A DNA stretch of 63,883 nucleotides, the filler included, from Welwitschia mirabilis (taxonomy: Eukaryota), in the NCBI GenBank assembly GCA_051453625.1. It is 6 parts of one record of this genome, joined end to end, with 100 filler letters (N's around TTAATTAATTAA, not from the genome) between each part and the next. Parts side by side here need not be neighbours in the genome. Positions count along the whole stretch, not along the records: positions 47,142 to 62,489 come from JBOZIK010000001.1; positions 62,590 to 63,883 come from JBOZIK010000001.1; 4 more parts are not named here. The stretch is one strand, 5' to 3'. The notes under the pieces are model-generated. The model had not been told where the DNA came from and did not search any database. It saw only the letters and a list, made by a program, of their open reading frames with translations. Shown here piece by piece: positions 50,101-63,883 of this stretch (positions within the stretch are counted from its first letter, which is position 1; each line of letters starts with the position of its first letter). The position numbers were made by a program, and so were the translations under genes.

Positions 50101-53012
50101 CAATATTTCCACTAATAATAACAAAATCTATTTGATATGAATTAATGTTAATTATTGTAGTGAAAAATGTCAACATTAAATAAACTAGGTGAGGATCTAT
50201 TATCAGTCTTATAAATGGATTTTGTGATGAACTAATCAAAAGTGAAAAAAAAAAAAAAACTCAATCTTGAAATAAAAATCAAAATAAAAGGAAAATCTTA
50301 GAGTTTGAGATATTTTTATGAACTTTAATTGGTAATGTAGGGAGATGAACATGCTCTAGAGATCTAGCTTGGCTTGTCCAATAATCCGTCTTAGCTCTAA
50401 TGATTCTTATAAATTATAAAACATGAACTTAAAATCATTAATTTGTGGTGGCTCAGGTGTGATGACATAATCTCATTTACCACCTAAGTGTTAATGAATT
50501 AAATAGTCACTTTGTTTTTTAATAGCCTTTATGAACATAAGAAGTAACTAGAATTGTTCTTAATATCTATAATATAATAATAACTATTACTAAAAAGTTA
50601 ACTTTAAAAAATTCCCTTGGTTTTAAAGATCTTAATAACATAGTATTACCTAAGGATTAATAGTACCATGTCAATATACATTAGAAATTAAAAAATGAAT
50701 AACTACTATAATATTGAAAACAATAAGAAGTCTCACCTAAGAATTAATAGTACCATGTTACTATGTACTAGAAATTAAATCATGAACAAATATCCATTGT
50801 ATTAATTTAGAAAATACATTACTTCAAGAAAGAAAGATGAAATAGAAATGGACTCATCAAACTAGCCTCAAATCAAGTCCACTCCTAAGGAAGGTGTTTA
50901 GAAATCCATCATGTCTTAACATTTCAATTATTCCCATTAATTCATTCCATCAAAGATCCTTTATAATGAGGGATCAAGGCCATTTTATAGATGGGAAAAG
51001 TCTTAGGAGTCTTTGAGATGTAGTGGTTAGTGGCAGTTACAAAAAAGGGGTTTACAAATTTAGGTTGTTGCATCAAGAGGAGGTTACAAATTTTGTCATG
51101 TATAATTAGGTAAGATATTTATCTTCTTGTAAAAGGTGGAAGTTGTGCTCTTGTACTAAGTGGAGGTTATCATGATAAGTTAAACACGTGTCCTTTAGAT
51201 CATGATGCCTCTACTAACTAAGACTATTACCATATGTTTTCAACATCACCACCATGTTACTACTAGATGTCACTGTCATGTATCACTCCATGCATTTCTC
51301 ACATGTCATTAAAGTTAATGATTGATTTTGATTTAATATTTTAGTAAGCTCATAGAATGTAATGTCTTTCCCATGAAGATATCAGAACATAACTTTGAAC
51401 TCAGTCTTCCTTAAAAGATTGATGGCATTAATAACCTATATCATGGTGTTAGCATTTTCTAATGAAATGCCTTCACTTTGTAGTACATCTTTCAAAAGAT
51501 AGCAACTAACTTGAAAATGTTATGGGAAATTTCATAGTTTCACAAATCCTATATTAAATGGTTGAATACATAATTTTATAATAAAATATCTATTTTAATA
51601 TCTTTGATTATTCTCAATTAGTTGATTATACTTAATCTAAATATTAATTTTTGCATGTAAAGAAAATATTTTCAACCACACATTATAACTCAACTAATAC
51701 TCAAAAAGGATTTATTAAGACAAAAATAAGAATTACAATTGTATCCATACTTTGCATAAATGTTAAAAACTAAGGATCAAGTGAAAATTTGTTTCAAGTA
51801 AAAATTTGTTTAGTGTGCTCTTTTCACCAAAACGAAAACATGGTTTGCAACATGTAAATGCATAAGATTGACTTCTTTCTTTGGTAGGTAATCTACATAT
51901 CATAAATACGAAAGCACATCTACCATCATTTAAAGATAAAGAAAAATCTTATTATGCATTATGCCTAAACATTACACTAGTAGATGGGTAATGTCCAATA
52001 AATTTGTAATGAAGAAAATGTATTTGATACAGTTATTAAAACTTAATGAAAGCCTCATAAAATAATTGTATTCATTACTACAACTAAAGAATAGAAATAA
52101 CAAAATAAAGAGATGCACATCTATATTTTATAGTTATGAAAACACACTAAGAGACAAGCCACATATGGCATTAAACTAAAATGCAATTTTTCTTGTTATA
52201 GTTCAACTAAATGTATTAAGATGTAAGGATAAGTAAGGATAAAACTATGATACCCTAATGTTTTGTACCCTAATTAGGCACTTTTTTCTTTTATTTAATA
52301 TTATTAACTAATAGGCACAACAAAACCTCATATCAAATTTTACTTATTATTATTTTTATTAGAATTTTATATTTTGAAAAAAATAGACCAAATTATTATT
52401 ATATATTTATATACAAGTAATTTATAGGTTATTTTGATTTATACATAATAATTACATCATAAGCTTGTATCCTATATTTCTTTCTAGGTTTTTTTCACAT
52501 AGAGAGATATCTTGAATATGGTTAAGGATATGTAAACTTGTTATAAAATATACATTTATAAGTTTAAGGATAGTTCCTAACTAATATAATATAAGTTTAC
52601 AACTCTCATTAATTGCATTTCAAGTTGCTATCTGATCAACCTCCAAATATGAGTTGGTTTTACTTCACGTTCTAAACTATACAAACATGGCTAGGCCTAA
52701 CTCTATAGGCTTATACTTCATCTTAATATTCTCCAATGCAAGTAACTAATAGAATGTGAAGTAGATTCATGCTTACAAGGTAACCCTATTTCCTTAAAAC
52801 ATCTTTGGATGGTGCAACATGATCCTTTGATGTTAAGGGAATTGCGTATTAAGTTAATGTAAGTTCATACATAGGTAGACAGATAGTGATGATTAAATCC
52901 ATCTCTAAAAGGGTATTATAAAACAAAATGTAATGCAACCCACCTTGATTATGAAATCCAACTATTGGGATGATCATTATTAAGATTATCTTAATTTAGT
53001 CATGTTCGATGA
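47160..53012 (+). repeat. Dispersed diverged ~230-bp repeat (47180-47410 and 52790-53012)
   Basis: Shared gtattaag.ta..taagttcata.at.ggtag...aagggtattataaaa...aaaatgtaatgcaa..ca.cttg...gatcatt...gattatctt.atttagtc. Confidence 0.7.
47511..48612 (-). mobile_element. LTR related to the 5229-6445 LTR, inverted (possibly solo)
   Basis: Begins TGTTGC on - at 48612 with similar downstream sequence, and shares the aatgtcgtaatc motif near its other end (cf. 6330-6345). The left end lies in an N gap. Confidence 0.65.
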
Positions 53013-54950
53013 ATACACCATACAAATGCATGCATACAATTCTATCTAATGTGGATATCTAATGCATTATTTACCTAGTTATAATAATTCTAATCATCAC
53101 TATGTTTATTTTATAAGAGTAATCATAAAAAAAAGAAAAAGATAAACAAAGTAAAACATCTTTATTTTTAGGGTTATAGTAATGAAAATTGAAAGCAAAG
53201 AAATAACATTTTCTTCTTTTTTCACATTTACAATAATAATAACAACATTGAAATGTATCAAATCATATCTTAAGTATATACTTAAAGAAAAATAATTCAT
53301 AGTTGAAGCTATACCAATCTTAGAAGCATTCTTCTATGCTCAGATGGCAATCTACGTTGGTTATGTGTAATAAAGATAACCAAAGAAGCATAGTTTAAAC
53401 ATGGCTATTAAAACATAATTCATTAGCTAAGACACATATAGCTATATTATAAATAAAGAAAATTAATGATAAATTAAGGGCTATTTGAATTACTTAGATT
53501 ATTAAGATGGAAACCTTTATAAGCATGTATATTGAAAGTAAGTAAAAACAAAAAGGTCAAAGATGTACTCTCCTCTTAAAATATTGTGCATAAACAATGT
53601 CACTTAATAATAATAACTTATCATATATGCTTGAATTACCTATATAATTTTATTTAATAATTTTTCTATAATTTAAGACCTTAATTATAAAGTTTTTAGG
53701 GTTTTAACAAGACATCATAAACAAAAATTAATAATTAATTGATTATTAAGTAAAAAAACTTATAGCAGTTTTTCATTAACTATACTCATAATACCATCCT
53801 TGGAAATTAACTTAAGTTATTTTGGAATTCTAAAAGTATTATTTATAAGATCATGATTTAAAGTTAAAACCTGTTAAATTCACCATAGTCCTACAATACT
53901 ACACTAAAATGATTATAACTTTCAAAATACTTTTGAGTTTTTAAATGATTTAATATGTTTTGGAAAGATTATTTAATTCTCTACAACTTAAGATGCTCAA
54001 GTTTTTACATAGATTAATTGTTAGTTATAAAAATGAAAATTAATTGCCTACCATGTTTTGCATTTATTTTCTAAGCTATTTTCATAAAATATTTTTCTTA
54101 AAACTTACAATACATCAAAAAATTACTATTTTTAATTTTTTATAAGAATCACATAATCCTAGACTTGTAGAAAAATTTCAGTAATTTATACTTACTATTT
54201 AATGAACTATAGTTTTATTAATCTATGCCTCTATTTTTGGAGAATTTAACTTTTGTCATGTCAATATAGTAAAGATTCTATAACTAGGTATGAAATAATT
54301 AAAATTAGTAAAACAATGAATATACTACTTGAAAAAAAGTTAAAATATATATTATCTAAATATTACTTATGTAAATAAATGCAGAAAAAAATCAATGCAT
54401 AAAAGATGTCTAGAATAAGCCTTAGGATTACCATAAAAGAACACTAGCCTAAAAGGGATTTTGAGAATTAAAGGTTTATCCTAATAAAATTCATGTAATG
54501 CATAATTGATGTAAAATATACTATTAAGCATATATATTAATATAAACAAACATTAATACCCAAATTTTTATAGTGGACCCCCTAATTACTTGGCCATACT
54601 CATTCATTGGTAACCTCTATTACCAACCACAAGAGACCCCTCATTTCTTCTTGTTTTCTTAGTGAGAGATAATGGAAGAAAATAATTTTTTTAACATAAT
54701 GCCATGAAGACTATAAACAATTACCTAATTCAATTTTTCATCACTTTGCTAGAATTGTAAAAGAGATCATATAGACAACATGAGTAAAGGATCTTACTTG
54801 GAAAGATTAGTAAATCCTTGATGGATGAAGATTGATGAAGTTCCAAGCTTAAAAATCCTTAGCTCCAAGTGTATAAGCTCCACACTCTCCAAACAAGAGA
54901 ATGAGAAGAAAGAAAGATGAAAGAAGAGAATGAACTTGCATGAAAAACGG

Positions 54951-54954
<4 letters not shown>

Positions 54955-54990
<36 letters not shown>
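54955..54990. repeat. (CT)n microsatellite
   Basis: Direct run of tc dinucleotides. Confidence 0.95.
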
Positions 54991-54997
<7 letters not shown>

Positions 54998-57739
54998 TTC
55001 CCTCCTTCAAAAGATGAAAAGATCTCTATACACAGATAAACAAAGATAAATATCTCAAAATCATAGGATTAGATAATTCATCATTGATAAGTGGGGTAAG
55101 TAATAAATGACATTTAAGTACAAAAAAAGACAACATATTTATGACTCATGCACCTAACTAGAGTAAGTAACTTTCTTGCTTTAATTAGCAAGATTAATGA
55201 CATGCATCATTTCCTCATGCTATCTCCTTCATAATCCTTCATAAGCTCATAAGCATGTTTAATTAATTCTAGATGTGGATCAACAGAAAAGATGCACAAA
55301 TTTCAAAGTTATCATGTGACATAATGAGATAAGCCTTTGTAACTCTAATGAGCAAAACAATAAATATGTTATGAATCACATACTATTACACATCTCAAGA
55401 AAATAACAGTCATGGTAGAGTAAATCTACTCATTTATCATTCTTGGTTTTAGGGTAGAGTGTTGTACTTATTCACATGCTCATTTATTTCATAATACATA
55501 CAATCTATCAATGAAACAACACAAAGAAGATGTTTATTCATAATATGGTATACCTATCACATTTACAAAAACTTTAAATGAGTAAACAAGATGTAAAACA
55601 TATTATTATATCCTATTTAAAGTTTCAATTTATTAGTTGTACCATGTCATTTGAATTCCTTACGTAATGGGTTACTTAGTTCTAATATTGGAATATCTTT
55701 TAATTATGAGTTGGCTTTTCTCATAAAAATGTGCACAACATAATTATTATCATTTTCATGTTAAATTATGAAAATTACAGAAACTAAGGTTAATTATTCA
55801 AAATCCCATCTTATTTTGATAAGGCATTCAATTAAGAAGAATTCATAAACTAATTAAAAGATTAATGTATCTAATATCCAAGCAATTAAGATTTATAAAA
55901 TGTGGGGTACGAAAATCTATTTGTAAGATATAGTTATTATCATTTGTTCATCTTGTGCAATTTATAATTATTGATTTCATGTGAAAATTTTGATATTAAC
56001 TATCTTTTCTCCTTTTGTTTATTCTTTTTTGTTAATATCGGTATACTAGTTCCATAAATACAAATAGGAATGAAAAGTACTTAATGGTGTTTTGAGTTCT
56101 GTGAGTAGGATTTTCATTAGTTATCATGAACATTCTCTTTTCTCGTTGCAACCCTTTCTATGTTGTGAAACATGAGATCTTACATAAAAAATTTGGGATA
56201 ATAATGGTTTTTTTGGTGATAAATTTTCTTTCCTCATGTTAATTTATTATTCTTGAATGAGTCTGGAAAATATCATCTTTACTTCATTAAACTCTCTCTT
56301 AGACGTACTTTTTTGGCTTCATCTTGATTTGAGAAATTTTGTTAAAGTATGTGGACTTGGGTCTCAGTTTTATAATTCTAAGACCTCTAATTATCTTATT
56401 TTTTTTTATTCTCTTTTACTTGGTTACATTAACAAGAATCCTTCTAAAGTTGATTAGTAAGGGTAGCAAAGGATCTATACCAACCATCTCATTTTCTTAT
56501 GGCTTCAAAAACAATTGGATCAAAAAGAGTTCTAATTATTTTTTATAGCTACTACCTAATTTTTTATGTGTTTTAAAATCTTCTTTTAGTCTTTTTTTTC
56601 TATATTAAGTGTTTTTACCTTTATTTTCATCTTTTTAATGAGGTCTTACAAAGTGAAACTTTAACTCTCTTAAGACTAATTTTTGTTATGAAAATTTTGA
56701 TATGTGATGGAAAGGCCTTTCATTTCCATTTTTCAAGACACTTCGTGGTTCCATGAGTTTTCTCCATTCTATAAAAGTTTTTGCATTACTAACACTATAT
56801 TTTATGAGATTCTAGTATCATGAGCTTCCATTCCTCATTTTATCTATGGAAGTCATTTCTTGTTGATGAGGATTTCATGCTGAAATTGAGATGTGATAAT
56901 ATGATTTTGTGTTATAATTTTTATACTCATTTCCATTTTTACTTATTCCAAGACAAACATTCTACTTAGTCTTGGCTTCATGGATCATTTTAAATAGTTA
57001 TGGATCAACAATAGTTTACATCTTTACACATTACATTTTAGTGATTATGCAAACCATTCTTTTTCCTTTAATTTTTATTTTTATTGTTATTCCATATCTT
57101 ATTCCATTTATTTGTTGATTTAACAATCATTTCAAATATCAACTTAAAGATTTCGTGCTTTAATAACATGTTGCAATTGTTGTTTATTATGTTCTAATTA
57201 TAAATTTAATAACATAAGGATCTTTTTGGTTGTAATTTAGATAGGAATACAAAACATGTAAGGTTTGAAAATATAACTTATAATTAGAATAATAATTAAT
57301 GTTTGATGATTGATACATTAATGGAATATCATGCGATTTATGTTTATTCCATGTATGAATGGAGTTATTAGGATGTGGTAATCTTTGGTTAGGTTATATC
57401 CTATGTCTATGATTCATACAAGTTAAATATTATTTTCATACTTGTCCTAATACTCATTTCTACATTTGTGAAAGTCACTTGTTACTAAATCTATTATGAA
57501 ACCTATAAAGGTTTCATGTTTAGAGCCTAACCTCCTTATTGATTACGTCTTTATATCATTGTGTATCTCTTTCTTGATTGATTGACCTTAGAATTTATAG
57601 TTTTAAGTGATCATGTGAAAGTTTTTATTCATTCTGTAAGGCATTTTCAATTTATAATGAAAATAGTTTGATAAATATTTTAACATAAAACCACTATATT
57701 TCATTAGACAACACTTATGAAGTACTATTAAGACATCAT

Positions 57740-58045
57740 TAGCAGCTTAATATGTACATGGATGTGCAAAAATTTGTGAAAATATTTGAAGTTTGTGAAA
57801 GGGCAAAGAATGAATATTTAAACACAATGTTGTGTATGTTATTATCAATTTCATCTAAACCTTGGAAGAGAATTGATATTGATTTTGTACAAGGTGTTCT
57901 AAATACTAGTTATGGTAATGATTTCATTTTCATCTTTATTGATTGATTGAATTAGATGTCATATTTTCTTCCTTACCCGAAAACCTAGGATGTATCAGAT
58001 GTTACTTGTTTATTCTTTAAAGAAAGTTTCGTTCATATAGTTTAT
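57740..58045 (+). mobile_element. Gypsy (chromovirus/CRM-like) integrase fragment
   Basis: DVQKFVKIFEVCERAK..KPWKRIDIDFVQG..GNDFIFIFID..MSYFLP..KT resembles the Gypsy integrase start (PW..ISMDFV.GLP..DSIFV.VDRFSKMAHF). Confidence 0.75.
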
Positions 58046-58185
58046 GTAATTATATTATGTTACAACATTAGTCCTAACCACATTGTCTCAATAATTATTA
58101 TACCTTATACCATTATTATAATAAAGTTATATGAAAAAATTTGATTATATAATGCACATTTAAAAAATCATACGTGCTTATATCA

Positions 58186-58237
<52 letters not shown>

Positions 58238-58253
58238 ATAATAATAATAATAA
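58186..58253. repeat. (TAT)n followed by (ATA)n microsatellite
   Basis: Direct reading; the run continues into an N gap. Confidence 0.95.
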
Positions 58254-59899
58254 NNNNNNNNNNNNNNNNNNNNNNNNNNNNNNNNNNNNNNNNNNNNNNN
58301 NNNNNNNNNNNNNNNNNNNNNNNNNNNNNNNNNNNNNNNNNNNNNNNNNNNNNNNNNNNNNNNNNNNNNNNNNNNNNNNNNNNNNNNNNNNNNNNNNNNN
58401 NNNNNNNNNNNNNNNNNNNNNNNNNNNNNNNNNNNNNNNNNNNNNNNNNNNNNNNNNNNNNNNNNNNNNNNNNNNNNNNNNNNNNNNNNNNNNNNNNNNN
58501 NNNNNNNNNNNNNNNNNNNNNNNNNNNNNNNNNNNNNNNNNNNNNNNNNNNNNNNNNNNNNNNNNNNNNNNNNNNNNNNNNNNNNNNNNNNNNNNNNNNN
58601 NNNNNNNNNNNNNNNNNNNNNNNNNNNNNNNNNNNNNNNNNNNNNNNNNNNNNNNNNNNNNNNNNNNNNNNNNNNNNNNNNNNNNNNNNNNNNNNNNNNN
58701 NNNNNNNNNNNNNNNNNNNNNNNNNNNNNNNNNNNNNNNNNNNNNNNNNNNNNNNNNNNNNNNNNNNNNNNNNNNNNNNNNNNNNNNNNNNNNNNNNNNN
58801 NNNNNNNNNNNNNNNNNNNNNNNNNNNNNNNNNNNNNNNNNNNNNNNNNNNNNNNNNNNNNNNNNNNNNNNNNNNNNNNNNNNNNNNNNNNNNNNNNNNN
58901 NNNNNNNNNNNNNNNNNNNNNNNNNNNNNNNNNNNNNNNNNNNNNNNNNNNNNNNNNNNNNNNNNNNNNNNNNNNNNNNNNNNNNNNNNNNNNNNNNNNN
59001 NNNNNNNNNNNNNNNNNNNNNNGTAAATGTGGTTAAATCTAGATCTGAAAGACCTCACGGTATAAGTCTGAATTTAAAGTAGTAGGTATGGATTTTTATT
59101 TTATCTTACTTATGACATATTTGAGTAACACATTTTCCATCTTTCCTCCTGATATATGTTTTTGTTACAGATTCTTGGTTATCTATCAAGGTTAACATCT
59201 TTCTTGGAATAGACTAATTCAGTTTTATTATGTTATAATTTAGTAGCCTAACTGCAAACTATCTTACTTAGAAGTTTTATATTGGTTGAGTTTTCTAAAA
59301 CTTATATGGTAGAGAAAGTTATTTTCTTACATATTTTTATAAATTAACATCCTCTTTTATACTTTAATAATGGAAATGAATTTTGATGGTAATGTTTCAA
59401 AATACCATTGTGCTTGATTTTGTGTAATTTCTAGATTTCCCTCTTGTATTTAAGAACTTTGATCTAAAACCATTAAGATTCTTAAACCTTTTATTGATAT
59501 TAAAGAATTTTCATCCTCACTTAGAATTAGAATAAGGTTTTTTTTTTTCAATATAGACTTGAATAATAGAGATAAAGTTGTATCCCATAAAGCTAGTCTT
59601 ATCTCCCATTAACAATCAGTTGTTTACTTTGAACTTTCAAATTCCTATAACTATTTCCAAACAAAAGGTTATTTTTTTAACCATTGTCCATTCTTGCAAT
59701 GGAAGAAGTGTACTAATAAACTTCCCAAGCACATAGCTCAAACTCTTTCTACTTTAAGGTTTGATTTTTGTCAAAACATTTCATCTAGCCCTAAAACAGA
59801 TATAACATAAAAAAATTGAAATATCCAATTACTCATGTGAAAAAGGGAAAGAAGGTAATTCTTTATTCAAGAAGCTAACTGGTCCCACAAAATGCACAC

Positions 59900-62489
59900 A
59901 TTTGTGTTTTAAATGATGCTCTAAAAAATACTAAGAAATTGAGTGTAGGAGACTTCAACATCATGAAATCACATAAAAAGCAAGTCCTAATAAACCTTCA
60001 AAGAAAACTAAGTTTTTTCAATGGAAGAATCACTCTTATTACAAAATATTTAATGAAGAATATTCAAATATGTAATCAGTTTCAAGTTTTAGAAGAGAAT
60101 TGTAAGAATCACATGGACCTCAATTAAAACTTAATGATTGATTTAGTTGGTACGATGTGGGTCTCATTCTTAAAATGTACAAGGGGATATAGATAACTAT
60201 TAGAGAAAACAATTATAGTAATTTCATTCATCAATGTCCTCTATCTCCTGATTTTATATCATTATAAGAAAATACAATCTTTAAAGAATAAATAACTTCA
60301 ATTAGAAATTTGTTTGTTAAAAATATTATTACATTTAACAAAAAGCATTATATTGAGAGAGGTGGTTCTTCTTTCATTCTTCATCCATGTTAGCACTATA
60401 AAGTACTTCAAATGGTCATGATCCTTGATGTAGCTCAATGCTTTATTTTTACCCTAGTAGAGTTTTGGAATCTGCTTCATTACTACTTCAAATGAATCTT
60501 TTGAAAGAACAACCATGTGGTTAGAGTTATCCTATTGTATTTGAAATATTCCTTAGATCCTTAGAGGAGATTTTAATATGATTGAGAATTCATTTAATGA
60601 GATTAGAGGATCCTATTTTAAATGTATTTAACTATTTAAAAAAAAAAAGAGGTTCTTGAGATTCACTTCAAGAATAGTCTTATCATATTTATTTCCTTTA
60701 GTAAGGCTAGTCTTATCCTCAAGGACTTTTTTAATACTTGGTCAAATTTGCGATTAGGAGATGATCATATTCTTCAACCTTGATTAGATTCTATTTTTAT
60801 TCACATATTTCTAAAATTAGAATGCTTTTATTAAATTATAAAATAAATGATTATAATCAAACCATTACGCCATTTGTTTAGAAATTGACATTGGAAATTG
60901 GACAAAGTAAAATCATTCTTCTCTCTTGACACTAAATGGAAATCCATATAAGTCCAAATTAGGAAGAACTATTTTGCATATTTTATGGAATGTAGACCCT
61001 TAACCAAATAGTAATATTGCATGGATTACATGAGAGATTTATGCTATGTGTCTTGTTTGAAATCATTCTAGACATGTTGATAAGCAAATGGCTAATAAAC
61101 AAAGGTAAGTATGTTCCAACACTCAGCAACATGTGTTAGTAGTTTCTGTTACTATAAAACAAGAACCTTTTACTCATCATCTCCATAAGCAGTTTTGACA
61201 AATCAAGAATCTTTTAAATTTATGGGAAATCTACTTTGCGAATAGTATTAGTATTAAAAGTAGAATTTCTTAGCTTAATATTTAGAATGCCAATTGTAAA
61301 GCACTTTTTTATGTTCCTTAAGAAGTTTTATTTCTTCTCAACTAGACAAACTTAAATTTCATGTTGTTTAAACTCTAATCCTGAAGCCATTCTCAATCTT
61401 TTAGTTAACCAAGTTATTAAGGTCTTCAAATCACATGGTTTTCATTAGCATAGCTTTGATCAAAATTCTAACTTTATTTTCCAAAATTTTTAGAAGTCCA
61501 TAATGAAATTTTAAAGAAAAATATTACAAAGGATGAGTTAAAAGTAGCTTACTTTGATATGGTTAATGATAAGGCTTAAGGGATCGGTAGTTGTTCTCTA
61601 AAATTTTATAAACACCATTGGGATATTAATAGAAAATACTATTTCAAGGTAGTTCAAGAAAGCTTTCATGAAGGCATCTTAGGTCCAAAGCTTGATCAAG
61701 GTTTCATTCATCTTTTATCAATTTCATTTCTAATTAGAGACTAATTACTTTAAATATTCCTTTTAACATTTTAACTAAATGTTTAGCTAATAGGTTGAAT
61801 ACTATCCTATGTAATATTATTTATAATGAGTAGAGTGGTTTTGTTAAAGGTAGAGACATTCTTAAGAATATTGTATTTCCTTGTGAAGGTTTAGAATTTG
61901 TAAAGAATACTAATGGAGATATTACCTTTCTTAAACTCGAATATGAAAAACCTTACAATAGAATTGAATGAAAATTTATCTTAGCTTAAAAACTTAGAGT
62001 ATTTATGACAGTTATGGAAAATTATTTGTTTAAGAATAAAAATGCTTATTTTGCCACTATAAAAAGTGTTAATGCCACCTTTCCTATTGCAAAATCAGTA
62101 AGGCAAAGACGTCATTTGGATACCTTTTTTTAATCATATAATAGAGTTTTTAATGCAATGCTATTCAAAAGAATAAGTGGGATAACGTCATTCATAGTAT
62201 TTGTATTAGTGAAAATCCAAAGTATCTTATCAACATCCACTTTAAAGATGACTTATTATCTTTTATTAATAATTCTAAAGCTATAGTTAAGAAGCTGATC
62301 TCTAGTTGATCTTCATGGCTCTCTACTTCCAAAATCACATGCAAAATTCTTTAGTATTTACTCTCTCCCAAAAATTTACATTGCTTCTCTATAAATAGTG
62401 GAAAATTACTCGATATGATGAGGTGATCAAAATCCTTGGAATTTTCTTTTCTGTTCAAGGGACTTCCAAGAAACTATGGGAACCCCCTA
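59900..62489 (+). mobile_element. Highly decayed LINE ORF2 (endonuclease + RT)
   Basis: VGDFN (~59943), LKLEYEKPYNRIE (LKLD.EKAYDRV-like, ~61930), SVRQ (~62095), HF.DD (~62238) and KILGI (~62430), with many stops. Confidence 0.65.
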
Positions 62490-62589
62490 NNNNNNNNNNN
62501 NNNNNNNNNNNNNNNNNNNNNNNNNNNNNNNNNTTAATTAATTAANNNNNNNNNNNNNNNNNNNNNNNNNNNNNNNNNNNNNNNNNNNN

Positions 62590-63120
62590 ATAATCATCTT
62601 ATCTCAAGAATTTATTATAAAGTAATTCAAATTCATGGAATAAAAAACTTCCTTTCATGCTATGGGCTTACCATATTATGGTAAAGACTATTACAGGAAT
62701 GACTCCATTTCATTTAGTTTATGACACCAAAGTGATTTTGACTACCTAGATTTAAATTCTCATGCTAAAAATGCTAGTCAAGGATTTAGAAATATTCAAT
62801 ATGCAAAAGGAAGATGTGTCTTATACAACTTAAAACTTTAGACAAAAAGTGAGTGAAAGCCTTACAACAAAGACATCTCTATCAAAAGAGGGTTAGTCAT
62901 GAATATAATAGGATGTGAANNNNNNNNNNNNNNNNNNNNNNNNNNNNNNNNNNNNNNNNNNNNNNNNNNNNNNNNNNNNNNNNNNNNNNNNNNNNNNNNN
63001 NNNNNNNNNNNNNNNNNNNNNNNNAATTCAATAAGAAAACGTACAAATTGAAGAGTTTAAATGATGTCAAGGAAAGTGAATTGATAAATTCCTTATATCT
63101 TCAACCTTCCTATGAATAAA
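62590..63120 (+). mobile_element. Gypsy (Tat-like) integrase C-terminal fragment
   Basis: LWAYHIMVKTITGMTPFHLVY (~62660-62722) and YKLKSLNDVKESELINSLYLQPSYE* (~63040-63118). Confidence 0.7.
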
Positions 63121-63837
63121 ATAAAATACAAAACACATGTCATTTTATTTCATGTTATAATTTAATCATTTTGGCATTTTCGTTAGCTAGTTTACATGCT
63201 TTGTTATTGTATTTATTTTTTTGATAACATATTTCATGTATATACACATTGATTCTTGTGTAGGATAACATTATTCTCGGTTACACATCATGCAGATTTT
63301 ACATTGTATTTTAAATGTTTGAGTTTTATAGACTATGGTTGAGCATGTTTCTTAGATCATAGAAAGGATGCATGATACTGAACTTCATGCACAACATGGN
63401 NNNNNNNNNNNNNNNNNNNNNNNNNNNNNNNNNNNNNNNNNNNNNNNNNNNNNNNNNNNNNNNNNNNNNNNNNNNNNNNNNNNNNNNNNNNNNNNNNNNT
63501 AATGTCAAGGAAAGTGAATTGATAAATTCATTATATATTCAACCTTCCTATGAATAAAATAAAATACAAAACACATGTCATTTTATTTCATGCTATAATT
63601 TAATCATTTTGGCACTTTCATTAGCTAGTTTACATGCTTTGTTATTGTATTCATTTTTTTGATGACATATTTCATGTATATACACATTGATTCTTGTGTA
63701 GGATAACATTATCCTTGGTTACACATCATGCAGATTTTACATTGTATTTTCAATGTTTGAGTTTTATAGACTATGGTTGAGCATGTTTCTTAGATCATAG
63801 AAAGGATGCATGATACTTTCCTTCATGCACAGCATGG
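63060..63837 (+). repeat. Near-identical ~340-bp duplication flanking a 100-N gap
   Basis: 63060-63398 is repeated at 63500-63837 with a handful of substitutions. Confidence 0.9.
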
Positions 63838-63883
63838 ATGAAATCATGTGTCAAGCGCACATGGCAGGGGTTGATTCATCTCT

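Noticed and set aside
43702-59082. Long ORFs of 280-357 aa in the ORF track
   Set aside because: They are made almost entirely of N-derived X residues.
15893-62589. Recurrent TTAATTAATTAA palindrome at five sites as a biological motif
   Set aside because: It is always centred in exactly 44+44 Ns, so it is an artificial six-frame-stop linker.

Overview
AT-rich, CpG-depleted land-plant nuclear DNA. It is built from contigs joined by five artificial 100-nt linkers (44 N + TTAATTAATTAA + 44 N). One clear host gene is present: the chloroplast SRP receptor cpFtsY (+ strand, 9 exons read at 8479-23758; the exons for the last ~55-60 aa are not visible). Its introns and surroundings hold nested transposons: a complete degenerate hAT element with an 8-bp TSD, a 5'-truncated L1-type LINE, Copia elements (SIRE-like and Tork-like), Gypsy remnants and LTRs. 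Three structures stand out. (1) The LINE ORF2 continues past its zf-RVT motif, through an unrecognised domain and a Pro/Gln/Ser linker, into a C-terminal DnaJ-type J-domain. (2) Two copies of one non-autonomous LTR family carry different host-mRNA-like cargo between PBS and PPT: a BSD-domain retrocopy and an Arg/Asp-rich fragment. (3) A second hAT element with a perfect 8-bp TSD splits a Copia integrase and encloses about 4.4 kb of non-transposase DNA with exon-like segments (Pack-hAT-like). All family assignments come from reading motifs by eye; no searches were run.
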